Source of the DNA: an uncultured Methanosarcinaceae archaeon
GTDB lineage: Archaea > Halobacteriota > Methanosarcinia > Methanosarcinales > Methanosarcinaceae
Length of the DNA: 64,000 nucleotides
Assembly (NCBI GenBank): GCA_963833425.1
Contig: CAWHXP010000020.1
Span: forward strand, 32,001-96,000
Direction of reading: 5' to 3'
In this document: in pieces, positions 34,225-46,923 of the stretch
Position numbering within the stretch: the stretch's first letter is position 1
Layout of the letters: each line of letters opens with the position of its first letter
The notes under the pieces: generated by a model
The model's input: the letters and a program-made list of their open reading frames with translations, nothing else
Told to the model about the DNA's origin: nothing
Databases searched by the model: none
Position numbers and translations under genes: made by a program

Positions 34225-34944
34225 TCAAACGTTATCTCTCGAACCTCTCCATGTAGGTATATTTCCATCTATGCATTCGATTTCTCCCTTTTCTGTAAGA
34301 TAATCCAGGATTTCTAGGAGCTCTTTTTTTTTGATATCTAGATCGTATCTGGCCTTAAACTCGGATATAATGTGTAGAATATCCAAGGTCCTGTTCAAGA
34401 TGATCTTTTCTATAAATCCAGCAATATCTTCATACCGAGCCCACGGATATATGATCCATCGCCATTTGATAATTTTTTGGGCATAAAAGTCAGGCACATA
34501 AGTAGAACAGGTCTTGTGCTGGAGCACTGCAGTCCTTACCTCAGAGGGCTTAAGACTCCATATATAGTTCACAGCAAGGTTGAGTGTATCACCAGTATCA
34601 GTCAAATCATCAACAATCAGCATTTTTTTCCCAGTTATATCCACAGAAATAGGGAGCCGAATATTTGACTCTGGTCGCATGTCTGAAGCTCTTGCATAAT
34701 GCTCAATCCTCATTGAAATAAGGTTATTGAAAAGCAATAAATCTGAAATCAGCCTCCCAGGAACATAGCCTCCTCTACCGATGGCTACAATTATATCAGG
34801 AGTATAACCCGATCCTCTGATTTTTCGGGAAAGAATTTTGGAAAGCTTTAATACATAATTAAAGCTTATAGCTTCGCACCTTAAAAAGTTTTTATATTCC
34901 AGAGAGCAACTGGGATGCTGTAGTTGGCTATTTTTTTCTTGCAT
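34225..34944 (-). CDS. Type I phosphoribosyltransferase
   Basis: 'IVAIGRGG', PRPP loop 'LIVDDLTDTGDTL', 'WIIYPW'; GGAGGTGA SD. Confidence 0.88.
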   Translation of the reverse strand: MQEKNSQLQHPSCSLEYKNFLRCEAISFNYVLKLSKILSRKIRGSGYTPDIIVAIGRGGYVPGRLISDLLLFNNLISMRIEHYARASDMRPESNIRLPISVDITGKKMLIVDDLTDTGDTLNLAVNYIWSLKPSEVRTAVLQHKTCSTYVPDFYAQKIIKWRWIIYPWARYEDIAGFIEKIILNRTLDILHIISEFKARYDLDIKKKELLEILDYLTEKGEIECIDGNIPTWRGSRDNV

Positions 34945-35601
34945 AAAATAAATCACCTCCTGCCTATTGTCTTGTAGGTAGTATATAATACAAATTTATG
35001 GATGATGCGAATTAGTAGTGCGTTAAAAACATAAGAACAATTAACTTGGTACTTCAAAATCTCTCATATATCTTACTTCTTCAGCTCATGAATATAAGGC
35101 ATTTTGTTCTGCTTAATTTTCTGTCTTTTTCTCTTATCAGTACAGCCCTCTGCGAGAAAATTGATATATGGTATATGTTAAATATTTTATATAAAGATAA
35201 TACTAAAAACCTTACATTAAAGTCGAAAAATCGCTACACTTTGTATTCAAAGTAGTGAATGAAAATCTTTAACCCGTGAAAAATGGGAACTGCTTAAAAA
35301 AAGTTTTTTTAGATTTCAAATGGAATGGTTACTTTAAGCAATAAACTGAACGAAAAAACATTTAATGCCTGTACTAAATAACATAGGCAATGCATAATTA
35401 TTTTGGAATAATTTCCATGGCAGTTTCCTAATTTTGTGCCAATATCTATGAACAACAAACATCAAGCCTTTGTTTCGGGAAGAGTTCATCAACTCAAATT
35501 ATTTGAATCAATAGCTTCAATATCATAGTAGCAATATAGAAGGCTACAGAGAGTACTCAAAAACAGAAATTTAATGAAAGCTCACTAAGGAGAACATTTT
35601 T

Positions 35602-36069
35602 ATGTCAATAATAAACACATCACAAGGAGTGGGTGGTATCCTGAACATTTTTAGAGATCTTGCAGAAGGAGCGGAAAAAATCACTTTTGTAGGAACTCCG
35701 GGTTTTTGCACTCCCTTTGCTGAACTTCTAAGTTTCGTAGTTCGAGACAGAAAGCTTGCCTTCATCCCGAGTCTAGACTTTGAGAAAGCTAGATCAATCC
35801 ATATGACTCCTGAAGGTATGCAGCTCGGAGAATCCACAGATGCACATGCAGACGTAATCGTCCTTCTAGGTGGGCTTGCAATGCCGAAAACCGGGATAAA
35901 TCCTGAAAAAGCGAAGGTAATTGTCAGAAAGGTTCTCGAAAATTCGGGAAAAAAAAGAATTATAGGATTATGTTTTCATTCTATGTTCATGCAGCAGAAT
36001 TGGGATAAGATGATCGACTTTGATTATATCATCAACGCTGATCTGGCTGTTGAAGTGACGGATATCTAA
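35602..36069 (+). CDS. DUF2124-like methanogen protein
   Basis: 'ITFVGTPGFCTPFAEL', 'LLGGLAMPK', 'GLCF.SMF'; AGGAG SD. Confidence 0.75.
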   Translation: MSIINTSQGVGGILNIFRDLAEGAEKITFVGTPGFCTPFAELLSFVVRDRKLAFIPSLDFEKARSIHMTPEGMQLGESTDAHADVIVLLGGLAMPKTGINPEKAKVIVRKVLENSGKKRIIGLCFHSMFMQQNWDKMIDFDYIINADLAVEVTDI

Positions 36070-36953
36070 AATTTCATGCGATTCCTTCCTTTCTACCGAT
36101 AAATAACACGGATAAAAACAATTTTTTATATTCAAAATCCAATTGATCCTTAATGTCATCATATGGTTTTGATCCTGTATCCGTGGAAATAATTTGCAAA
36201 TGATGCTAAAAAGTAGTATATGAAAAATGAAACGGATAATCGGAAAATTCCTGTTCATCCTCCGACCTGAAGTTCCATATGCTCAGCTTAAGCCAGCTAG
36301 GATCTATTAATCCAGTTATTTTTTGAGGAACCTGCAGTTTAACAACTATCATAATGTTCATTATTAGGAGTACTTCTACATTTTTTGACAGGTACCTTCT
36401 TTTCCAAAACTCTATTTTCTGCTTTCTTTGTTTAATTCTCTTTGATCTCTACAAAAGTTAAAATTCTGGCTGTAAAGCCCTATTTAGGTGTATTACAACA
36501 TAACTTTATTTTGAAAGTTTATTGTTTTCGTTGAGATTCTTAGAACCTATGTACCTGAGAAGAAAAAAAAAAACCATGAGTGGAGATTCCTAAATATTTT
36601 TATTTTGATTTTCCTAAATTTTATACTATCGATTTCATCATTTCAGCTGCGTATTAATCCTATTTACTTTTAAGCTTAATAAGGCAATGTATCAAAAATT
36701 TTGTAAAATCTGATTGACTCTGTATCCTTTTTCTTTCACCACAAAAAAGGTCCAAAGTCAATGGATTATGTATTCAAAATGCGACTATTTTTGTGTAAAA
36801 TCACAAATATTAGTAAATTATAAAGGAGGAAATCACATATTGGAATAATCCACCTTCATAGAATGTGCAAATATTTGACATGAATTTATAGTAAATTCAT
36901 GACAATGCCAAAAATGTAGAGGGATATCTCTACGAAATAGAATTTGGTATCAA

Positions 36954-37073
36954 CAGGACTTACGCAGTAGAACTGAAAAATCAATAACATTAAATCTTTA
37001 ATAGTTTTAAAATGAAAAATTTAAATTAATTGTTTATTGTGTTTAATTTTGTACTTCAAGCACCCAAGTCCTG
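36954..37073. mobile_element. ~120-bp MITE (TIR CAGGACTT...AAGTCCTG); related copies at ~38466-38584, ~39801-39917 and partial ~46634-46690
   Basis: Shared internal segment CTTGAGGTACAAAATCAAGTACAATAAACAC in either orientation. Confidence 0.7.
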
Positions 37074-37093
37074 AGACGATATGGAGTTTAAAA

Positions 37094-38249
37094 ATGGATA
37101 TCTTAAAAAAACAAAGGGAAAAATATGCATATTGCGGACAATGCCTTGAAGTCTGCCCTCGATATAATGATCCCAAATTGATTGAAAAACTCTGCATGTA
37201 TTTAGAAGGAAACTCAGACATTAATTTTGACTCTCTTCTTCGCTTTCTGACCTGTGGGCTTTGCACCTGCGCCTGTCCTGAAGAACTTGGGATCAAGCCA
37301 CTTATTTCTCATGCCCGAAGAAGTGAATAAATGAAAACGGTCTTGTGGACCGGTAGACCATAGCGGACTCGGATGCTCAAAATAACGTTTTCAAAAAAAT
37401 AGCTGAAATGAGTGAGATCCCAGTATATAAATATAGTATCGGTTCTGTAGTTTATTTCCCAGGTTGCGCAGATACCTGTATCAATACAAACATTTAGAAA
37501 GCTACAGTAGCTTTTTTGGAGAAAGCAAGGGTAGATTACACTGTTTTGAGTGGAATTGAGTACTGTTGTGGAGCTGTATCTAAGGTGCTGGTGATCTAGT
37601 CCGATCCACAAGAACGGGCAGCTAAATGTTGAAGAAGTCCGAAAAAGAGGAGCAAAAATACTTATAACTGCCTGTCCAGGATGTTTCAAAGCTTTTAAGG
37701 ATATATATCCAAGGCTGTTTGGAAAATTTGATTTTCAGGTCATGCAAGTTTCCCAGTATCTAGAACTTCTGTTAAGAAATGGCAAACTTAGTCCAGAGGC
37801 TACTCTTATCACAAAGTTTTTTATCATGATCCCTGCCACTTGACTAGGGGAATTAGAGTCTATCAGGAAGCAAGAAATGTGCTGAAAAAATTAAGGGAAC
37901 AGAACTTGCAAATAAAACTCCTAAAAATTCGTCATGTTGCGGTTTTGGAGGTGGAGTGAGGATTAACTATCCTTATGAATCCCTTTCCATGGCATCGGAC
38001 AGATTCAGAGCTGCAGAAAAGCTGGGATGTGATGCAATCATCACGAATTGCGGGGGTTGTATGCAAAACCTCATTGAGGCTGGAAAAAATGAGAAAATAA
38101 TAATCTTTGACCTTACTGAGTATCTTTCCCTTGCTTGCGGAATAAGAATCAAGCGTGGAAATAAAAATATTTTTGAGCTGGTCAACAGGGCTTATATGCT
38201 TTGTATTTCAGGCTACTGTGTTGCTAGTATTGAATTAGATACTTTATGA
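37094..38249 (+). pseudogene. HdrD/GlpC-like Fe-S oxidoreductase with CCG domains; several stops and frameshifts
   Basis: 'CGQCLEVCP', 'CGLCTCACP', 'YFPGC', 'YCCG', 'TACPGC', 'YHDPCHL', 'CCGFGGG', 'TNCGGC' spread across frames. Confidence 0.85.
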
Positions 38250-39459
38250 CCAGGACATTTTTGTTTTTCTGGAAAATCATAACTCAGCTGAAATAACAAT
38301 ATATATTTTTATAGTTCCATGAAATCTTAGGTTTTGGGTATGAGCTATTTAAAACTATAACCACACAAATTTCGATTTTTCGATAGCTTGCATAATTTTA
38401 TGTAAAATTTGCTTTATCCCACCTTTAATCCTCTTTTTTGATTACTGCTCATTACAATAGATGTATGGGACCTATGAACTTGAGGTACAAAATCAAGTAC
38501 AATAAACACTTATGTTTTAATTTGAATCTTAGATAATTGAAGGTTTAATGCTATTGATTTTCGAATTCAACCAAGTAAATCCATATTAGTTCTCAGGTTC
38601 TCTATTGCAAGCTTAATATGTGGCTAGACTAATTATGGTCGACTTACGCATTAATTACATTTTGAAAAATAAATTTTAGTTGTAAACATAATTATTGACG
38701 CTTAAATTGCTCGAAATTCTATAACCACAGAAAAAAAATGAATTTATATAAAAAGATCATCTGATACTCTTTCTTGTTAGTCGGGTTTTCCGTAGTCCAA
38801 CTCTGCATTTAAGTTTAGTAGAAAAAAGGTATGTACTTTAAGATGTCAGAAAAACACCAAATCGGATCAATTATCAAATTTTACTTCAGGCTTATTTCTC
38901 GCATTAACCTTTTCATTTGAGTTTGTCTTTATCTAGGTTCTCGTCACCCCAAAGCCTTTTCAAAATTATTTATTCACATATATACCAGTTATTCCTAACT
39001 TTTTTGACCACTTAATTTTCATTAAAATATAAAATAACCACCTTGGTTATTTTCAATTAATTATGCGAAAAATAATTTCTGGATAAAAATTACTTCTTCA
39101 TAAAATGTTTTAAAATCAGAAAACAATTTGATATTAATTCGGTATATTTTACTTCAAAATATTTTCATAAATTTAATCTTTTTCCTTTTCCCAAAAAACA
39201 CAGATTAATTTTATATGATTTCGTTTTTGTAGTGCACAATTAGCTGATTGATATTTTCATCATAGAATAAATTTTGTTCAAATGTACCCGTTTTCTAAGC
39301 TTCTCTGCATACAGAGAACCAAAACTTTCATTGTTTGGGAAATGAGATTAGAGCGCAAGTATGTGACTTTTCTGGATAAACATCAACTCATTATTGATGG
39401 AACAGCATAAATAATCAATGAATGAAATTAAGGAAACTGTGCATAAAAAATAATTATTT

Positions 39460-39690
39460 TTAGCCATCGTTTCCTATTGCGTCAACAGGACAGTTTTCTA
39501 GTGCCTCTTCACAAGCTTTTTTTTCCTCGTCGTTTTCAGGCTGCTTATATACGTAGGAATTTGAATTTTCGTCATTCATTTTGAAATTCGTTGGTGCAGT
39601 ATCCACGCATAACTGACACGCGATACATTCATAATCACAATAATAAGGTCCAGGAACATTTTCAGCAGCTTTATCTGATTTATCAGCTAT
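39460..39690 (-). CDS. Single-cluster ferredoxin, 76 aa, ATA start; absent from the ORF track
   Basis: 'ENVPGPYYCDYECIACQLCVDTAP..F...YVYKQP...ALENCPVDAIGNDG'; GGAGG SD 8 nt before ATA. Confidence 0.8.
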   Translation of the reverse strand: MADKSDKAAENVPGPYYCDYECIACQLCVDTAPTNFKMNDENSNSYVYKQPENDEEKKACEEALENCPVDAIGNDG

Positions 39691-40160
39691 ATTTCACTCC
39701 TCCGACTGAATTTATCTTACAAGAAGAATACTTAAGAGGAATTCTATATATAATTTAACATTTAAAATAATTTTTCATCTTGAAAATTCTTCCGTCTATC
39801 TAAATTTACACATTTGTGGTACAAAAATTATGTACAATTGACTTTAGAGCTAAACTTGTGTTTCAGACAATTTAAGGCTCTAATGCTACTGATTTAATTT
39901 CAACCATATAAGTCCTGTACATAATTATGATCTTGAGCTTATCTCAACTTTGTTGTTAATAACTAACTCTATCTTTTCTATATAGTTGAAATCAAATAGT
40001 TCCCAAATAAAAAAATTCCATGAGCTCTTTATGCTCCAGGAGTCCCAAGAGCTCCAGGAGTCATAGATCAGCAATATTTTCTTATTTCGTATGGAACTTA
40101 GGGAATTCAGAAATTTTAACACAAAAGAAAATTATGCATCGGATATTAGTTGATACTTGT

Positions 40161-43001
40161 CTATTTTTCTGTTAATGTGAATCTCATCGCGAATTTCACC
40201 CCATTGTCCCTTCTCAGGTCAAATTTCCCATTTAATTGGTCTACGAGGGTAGCTACTAGCTGAAATCCAAGACTATTAAGGTCTTCAATTTCAAAATTAT
40301 CAGGAATACCAACACCGTTGTCTATGACCTCTAGGGTAAAACCAGTGCTTTTAAAGCTATCTTTTTTGTTTTCGTCTCTGTGAAGTTTGATTTGAATTTC
40401 TCCCTTAGCGTTGCTGGGAAATGCATGTTTGAGAGAGTTGGAAACGAGTTCATTAATAATCATTCCTAATGGGATAGCAGTATCCATATCAAAGAAAAGG
40501 CTCTCTTCCAGATCCAGGTTTAAACTGACATCGATATTTCCAAGTCTATATATCTGATAAAGGTTATCAACAAGCTTCTTAAGGTATGATGTGAAACTCA
40601 CTGTGTCTCCCTTTTTGCCTTCATGTAGTTCCTCATGAATGAGAGCCATAGATGTCACTCTGTATTGGCTTTCCCTGAAGGCTTCTAGGACTTCGTAGTC
40701 CTTTATACTCTTTCGGTCTCTGAACTTTTCAGCTTGGAGGTCAAGGAGAGAAGAGATAACCTGAAGATTATTCTTGATTCTATGGTGAATCTCCTTTTTG
40801 CGAGCTTTCTGAATATTTGCCAAAGCTTCTTCAGTTTTTTTACGGTTTGTAATATCCTGGACTGTCCCTTCCATTTGAATAGGAATATTTTTTCCATCAA
40901 AAATAACTTCACCTTTCTCATTGACCACACGTTCTTCTCCATTAGCTAAAATAATCCTATGATCGATGTTATAGGGCTTTCCTTTTAAAGCTATTTTAAC
41001 GGCATTATCTACATAGCCTCGGTCATCTGGATGCACATAGCTTAAAAATGCGTCGTAAGTTGCGCCGAATTCTTGAGGAGTGCGCCCAAAAATACGATAA
41101 ATTTCATCGGACCAATATAATTCATTTGTTACAATATTCCAATTCCAATTTCCAAGGTGAGCTATTCTTTGAGCTTCAGAAAGACCTTTCTCACTTTTTT
41201 TCAATGATGTATAAGCTTCTTCAAGTTCATTTGTACGTTCTTTAACTTTTTCTTCTAAATTGTCGTATGCCCTTTTTATAGTTTCTTCAGCTTTTTTGCG
41301 CGCAGTAATATCACGTGCTGCAGCAAAAGCACCAATAATCTCACCAGATTCATCCTTATATACTGAAGCATTGAATAAAACAGGTGTTAAGCTTCCGTTT
41401 ATATGTCGGATTTCAAGCTCATAGTTAAACACTGCTCCTTTTTTGAAAATTTGTTGATACCCTTCTTTCGCTTTTTTAAGATCAGTGAAATAATTCGTAA
41501 AATCGGTGCCAATGAGTTCTCTCCGTGAATATCCAGTAACTTGTTCTGTGGCTTCATTTACATCGGTTATTTCCCCATCACGCCCAATGGTTACTAAAGG
41601 ATCCAAGCTAGATTCAATCAAACTACGATTGTAAATATTTGACAACCTAACAATTTCTTCTGCTTTTTTGCGCTCAGTGATATCTTGGACATGAGCGATC
41701 GTATAGATCGGGCAGCCTTTAGCATCGCGTACTGGGGACGAACTAACTTCGCACCATATAATTTGTCCTTTCTTATTGATATACCGCTTCTCAATCCACA
41801 ACAACTGCTTATCCTGATCAATAACTGCCTTGTGAGCCGAAAAGCTTGGATGCGTGTCCTCAGGATGGGTAAACTCAAGAAATGAACGGCCTATAATTTC
41901 ATCGTCTTTGAATCCAAGCAATTTACAGAGAGCATCATTAGACCTCAAAAATCGACCAGCTGGAGAAACTAATGCCATACCGACTGCACTTTCATCAAAA
42001 GCTGAACGGAATCTTTCCTCGCTCTCCCGTAACGCCTTTTCAGCTTGAGTGCATTCATTGATATCACGAGCAACATGGATACATCCAGTGAGTTTTCCTT
42101 CAGAATCATATAGTGGCGAGACACTTACTATGAAATAGCCCCCCAGTGCTTCCTCGTGAACTTTCTTAACATGCTCAAGCTTGTCCTTAAGCAATCGCCT
42201 ATATGGACAAAAAGATGGGGGGTAATCAATCCCATGTACAATATGATAACAGGTTAACCCTATACACTCTTCTTGTATCAGCCCTAATCTTGTCGCCATT
42301 GCCTTGTTTACACGAACAAATCGATATTTATCGTCGAGTATGGCTATAAGGTCTGGGATAGCATCAAAGGTAAGTTCACACTCTTTTATTGATCTAAAAG
42401 CTGCTTCTTCAGCTTTCTTCCACCATAAATTATCTATGTGGCCCCATTTTCCTTCCTTTTTGATCAAAGAAAATTGATGGATGGAGGCTACTTCAATAAT
42501 CTCGGATGCCTTGCATCTATCAAGGGGATAGTTACAACAAATTATCCTCTGTTTATCGGTGGCTAGGTCTATTTTTTTACCATATTCAATGAAATCATTC
42601 CAATATTTATCCCCTATCCAAAAAGCGTTTATGCTCAACCTCAAGCCATCGTATCCACGAGCTAGGATCTGGTCGATTCTCTCAAACCAATCGTTCCAGA
42701 TTTTCTTAGGATCTAAAACATCATTTTTTATATGAGTGTAAGAAATAATTTCTATTTGTCTATTTTCCAGATAAGTATCAAAATCAGGAATAGTTCTTCT
42801 CAGGACTCTTTTTGCCTCTTCTACATCTGAAGGTTCTGATGTGATCCACATACAAAACTCGTTATTTTCCAGTCCTTCTTTGAAGTAGGGAACCAAGTTA
42901 TCCATCAAATCTTCTTTTGTCTGGTAAAATTGGCAGAAGTGAGTTCCCCATGGCACATTTCCAATGATTTCAATACCAGAATTTATTAAGTTTTCCTTCA
43001 T
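40161..43001 (-). CDS. MEDS-PAS sensor histidine kinase (HisKA_2 type)
   Basis: MEDS 'VPWGTHFCQFY', four PAS repeats, 'EIHHRIKNNLQ', 'NELVSNSLKHAF', 'DNGVG'. Confidence 0.93.
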   Translation of the reverse strand: MKENLINSGIEIIGNVPWGTHFCQFYQTKEDLMDNLVPYFKEGLENNEFCMWITSEPSDVEEAKRVLRRTIPDFDTYLENRQIEIISYTHIKNDVLDPKKIWNDWFERIDQILARGYDGLRLSINAFWIGDKYWNDFIEYGKKIDLATDKQRIICCNYPLDRCKASEIIEVASIHQFSLIKKEGKWGHIDNLWWKKAEEAAFRSIKECELTFDAIPDLIAILDDKYRFVRVNKAMATRLGLIQEECIGLTCYHIVHGIDYPPSFCPYRRLLKDKLEHVKKVHEEALGGYFIVSVSPLYDSEGKLTGCIHVARDINECTQAEKALRESEERFRSAFDESAVGMALVSPAGRFLRSNDALCKLLGFKDDEIIGRSFLEFTHPEDTHPSFSAHKAVIDQDKQLLWIEKRYINKKGQIIWCEVSSSPVRDAKGCPIYTIAHVQDITERKKAEEIVRLSNIYNRSLIESSLDPLVTIGRDGEITDVNEATEQVTGYSRRELIGTDFTNYFTDLKKAKEGYQQIFKKGAVFNYELEIRHINGSLTPVLFNASVYKDESGEIIGAFAAARDITARKKAEETIKRAYDNLEEKVKERTNELEEAYTSLKKSEKGLSEAQRIAHLGNWNWNIVTNELYWSDEIYRIFGRTPQEFGATYDAFLSYVHPDDRGYVDNAVKIALKGKPYNIDHRIILANGEERVVNEKGEVIFDGKNIPIQMEGTVQDITNRKKTEEALANIQKARKKEIHHRIKNNLQVISSLLDLQAEKFRDRKSIKDYEVLEAFRESQYRVTSMALIHEELHEGKKGDTVSFTSYLKKLVDNLYQIYRLGNIDVSLNLDLEESLFFDMDTAIPLGMIINELVSNSLKHAFPSNAKGEIQIKLHRDENKKDSFKSTGFTLEVIDNGVGIPDNFEIEDLNSLGFQLVATLVDQLNGKFDLRRDNGVKFAMRFTLTEK

Positions 43002-44753
43002 TCAGCATTTTCTCCAATTAACGTTAAATTGACTACTAAATCTTGAAAATCATCTTTTGAATTTGCTCAGCAAACTTAGAATATAACCTAATATATAAAT
43101 ATTTTTATTCAAACCATATGATGCCAAATAATAATTCTCATCAGCCTTTAAACTCTTGAATTTGATAATTAGTGATGTTGGTTGCTTCTTTAGGGAAAGA
43201 CACAGTGTTAAATTTATGAAGGCCCAAAAAAATAACATAAACATAATTAATATATAATTATTATTTGATTTTAAAACATTTCATGAACAATAAGTTTTAC
43301 TCAGAAACGGTTATTTTTATAATTAATTTAAAATAAATAGTGGGTAATTTAATATTGTAGCTTAAATTCAATAGATAAAGAATGAGGAATGGCCGGTCGG
43401 GTCCATGAGCTTTGGAGTAATTGTAGAAGATTTAGATATCCCTTAACCATACCGATCTTTGCAGATCAGAGAGAATTATAAACTTGCATGAAACTTTTTT
43501 AGTTTTCGATCTATCTTTAGACTATCTTTTTCTTAATTCAGCCATTCCACATCATGTAAAAATATACAACTTATGACCGAAAACTGGCGCATTAAAAGGA
43601 AAAATCAAACTGTTACTGCAATACATATGAGATAATCGATTTTCAAATATCATTAAGTTTATTTAGAATCCCACATGGAATTTATGCCTGTCAATAAAAC
43701 TTCAAGAATCTGCTGACCAGCAGAATTCCCACGATGACAGGCCAGGACAGGACTTTCATTACATGTTGTCTTTTGTACTCATATCCGAAGATGTATCAAT
43801 AGTAAAAAACTAAGTAGGCAGAGTTGTGATGCAATAAAAACTGTTTATTTTCTACGTTTATTCGAGTTAGTCATTTTCAGCTCTTAAACAATCATTGTAA
43901 TTCCCATCCAGTAGCACTTCTTGTCGTTGTATTCCTGTCCCGTACATTTCCACAGCTATACTGATCAGCGTTTCTATTCTAATCATGTTGTTAGCGTAAT
44001 AGATATTCCATGGGCGTTAGAGGACGCTCAGATCTGGGTCCGAGACCTTACGTCTAACCAAGTGATGGATGATATCTAAAAATGCTACTGTCCAGGCTAA
44101 TGGGAAGGCGAGAGAAAGGAGCTCATAGAACGGTCCAGGAAACGTCATGTCAAAATGGCAGAAGAATCTCCGGACAAAAAAAAAACCTTTCCAGCATCCA
44201 TATTATTGGGAAGTGTTTACAGTTAACGGAGCATGAAATTAAGGTCAAGATTAATAGTGCACATGTTTTAAAGCTAGGTTTTTTGCCTTCTTGACGTATT
44301 ATTCTTTTTTGATCGATGTCGTCGCATTAGTTTTATGGTTCTTGAGCTTTTTGGAGACTCTACAACATGCCATTAATGACTTTTCGGATAGTCTCTCATT
44401 TTTATCATTTCATACTTTCAAAGCGCTATTTTTGTTTGGCTACGATTTCTATAGAAATATCGTTATCTTTATAATATTATTTTGAATAAACAACACAAAA
44501 TAATAACATTTAAGTAAATGGTTTCTAACGTTTGTTACTGAAAAAGGTGATTATCCTGGACTATTTTTCTCTGGATCTGCAAATCGCAAAAGAGCCGGAA
44601 GGTTCTCAGAACCTGTACAAAGCTTCAATTTTGGAAAATGGAGATATTAAGGCTACTCGGAATTTTGAACTCGGGCACGACCTGAAACTTACTCAGATGC
44701 TGGATATGATAGAGAAAAAGTAGTCAGTACCAAGCCCCAGCCTGAAGAAACAA

Positions 44754-45242
44754 CTAAAGACCACCTACTAGTGCTCCGGAACCAAAAGAAGCATCAGAAA
44801 ATGTACCCATGTCATGAGTACCCCCTGTTATTGTTTCATCGACCGCCAATTCAATGCCGTTCGTGAATTGTTTATTCAGCACAACATTTGCAGAAGATGT
44901 GTTACCAGAGCCTGACAACACCAGATGTCCGTTCTGCAGATCTACTGTTGAGTCATTGCTTCCTTTTTTGTAAGCTGTCCACTTTGACGTATTTAACCTG
45001 CCTGAGCTAAAGTTATCATATTCCCACATGACTGTATCTCCATTGGGAGAATAGCCAGATGTATTGTACACATTGAAATATTGAGCGTTGCCATTCATGT
45101 TGACTTTAAGCCACAAATTGTGCTGTGGATCTATGTAATACGGCTGTGCAGCTGATTTCTTGATTGAGGATTCTGGAAGCGCAATCGCAGACAATAAAAT
45201 TATGCTGATTAATAAAAAGAGTATATTATATTTTAGTCCCAT
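44754..45242 (-). pseudogene. Truncated secreted/cell-surface protein (DUF2341-like)
   Basis: Signal peptide, 'LWLKVN', 'PNGDTVM..YDNFS'; ends abruptly against another gene fragment (44532-44723). Confidence 0.45.
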
Positions 45243-45749
45243 AATATTCCATTTTTTAGTACTATTTAGATGATATTAATGAATTATAGGCTAAGTTCCA
45301 AAATCGACTGTTTTTTTAATTTCATATCTACTGCTGAATTTTGAAAGCGCGACGAATGATACTTATGAAAATTTCAATAAACTTCTGATTTGTCACGAAT
45401 TAATTATATAAATTATATCAGCGTATGACTTAATTGATGAGTTTGTCGAAATAATATCACAGTTATTTTATAAACATTTTTGTTTTTAGTATTGCTTGAT
45501 TTTAATAAAAATATGTATATAAACTTATTCTTAGATAAAATGTTCTCAAGTTTTGGCTGAAATTAAAAGAATGCCTAGATTTTGCAACAAAAAAAATCTA
45601 TGCATCAGTGAAAATAAGAAAGACAGAAACTTTGTTAGCATACCTTCGTTGACATAGTCTTTTTTAAGTCCACATTTTACAAAATGATGAAAATTTTACC
45701 TAAGGGGATTTGTTCTAACCAGTTTCATAAAAATTGCGCTTAAATGATA

Positions 45750-45838
45750 GAGGATTTCGATAAACCTCTGATTTCAACAAATTGCTTATATACCCTTTAT
45801 AAACTATCTACTAAAAAGTGGGGTTTATCGAAATCGTC
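45750..45838. mobile_element. 89-bp MITE, copy 2
   Basis: GAGGATTTCGATAAACC...GGTTTATCGAAATCGTC. Confidence 0.8.
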
Positions 45839-45951
45839 AATACTATTTGCAAACGAGTATATAATATCCTGCGCCTGATAGTACTTATTTTCTAAAAAAA
45901 TAACGGCTAATAAGTCGCTTAATTGAAAAAAAGTTTTTAGAAGGATGGAAT

Positions 45952-46586
45952 TTGTCGTTAAGAGGCACTAAATCTGAAAAATTTTATTTGCTTGTAAAAA
46001 AGGCCCTGGAAATGGAGGCAATTGATGCTAAGATAATTCCCACTTCCAAGATTTTTATAGAAAAAAGATTTGTTTTAAAATGCAGGGGCTGTATCGGCTA
46101 TGGGAAAAAACTTACCTGCCCACACCATGTTCCTACTGTTGATGAATTTCGAGAGATGCTCAAGGAGTACAGATATGCGCTGCTTGTCAAGTTCAGGTCT
46201 CCTGCAGTCGCAGACGAAGAAATTGCAAAAGCTTCATACAAAACCTGGCTTGACCCTACCGAGCCTGAGGAGACGAGGAAAAAAGCAGCTAAGTTCTGGT
46301 CAGATTATTTTGACTACAGCAAAAAGATGGCTTTCTCGATGCTCGAGCTTGAAAAGACAGCTTTTAATGAAGGTTTTACCTTTGCAGTCGCATTCGTAAA
46401 CGGTTCATGTAGGCTTTGTGAAAAATGCAACGTGGAAAAGGGAATCTGTATCCATTCAAATATGGCAAGGATTCCTGAGCATGAGTTGGAATTAATATGA
46501 AGAAAACTGCCGCTGAATCAGAGATGCCCATAGAATTCCCCATTAAAGGGCAACCTGAACCAATGTCCATTCTATTGATTGACTAA
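45952..46586 (+). pseudogene. DUF2284-like Cys-rich metal-binding protein; single frameshift near 46482
   Basis: 'LKCRGCIGYGKKLTCP', 'GSCRLCEKC'; shifted tail 'VGINMKKTA...PMSILLID*'. Confidence 0.75.
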
Positions 46587-46923
46587 AAATATCAATTAAA
46601 ATAAACCTAATTGGGTATTTACTAATTTGAATTTAGGACTTACTCACTTGAGATCTAAAATTAAGTACAATAAACACTGTGGTTTTATATTTATATAAAA
46701 ATTAGCCAAAAAGTTATCATTACCATGTGACAGTTCATCACAACAGCTGACATACCCACTAATATCTGTCTATTAATACCATGTTGTGACTGGGTGAGGA
46801 ACCCTTATATTAACCAGCGCATGTGGCTATGCTAATCATGAGATTCAAAAATAAATACAATATGATCAAAAAAGTTATATTTAATTTAGGGGGTATGAGA
46901 TCATTCTCATACCTGCTGCTCCA

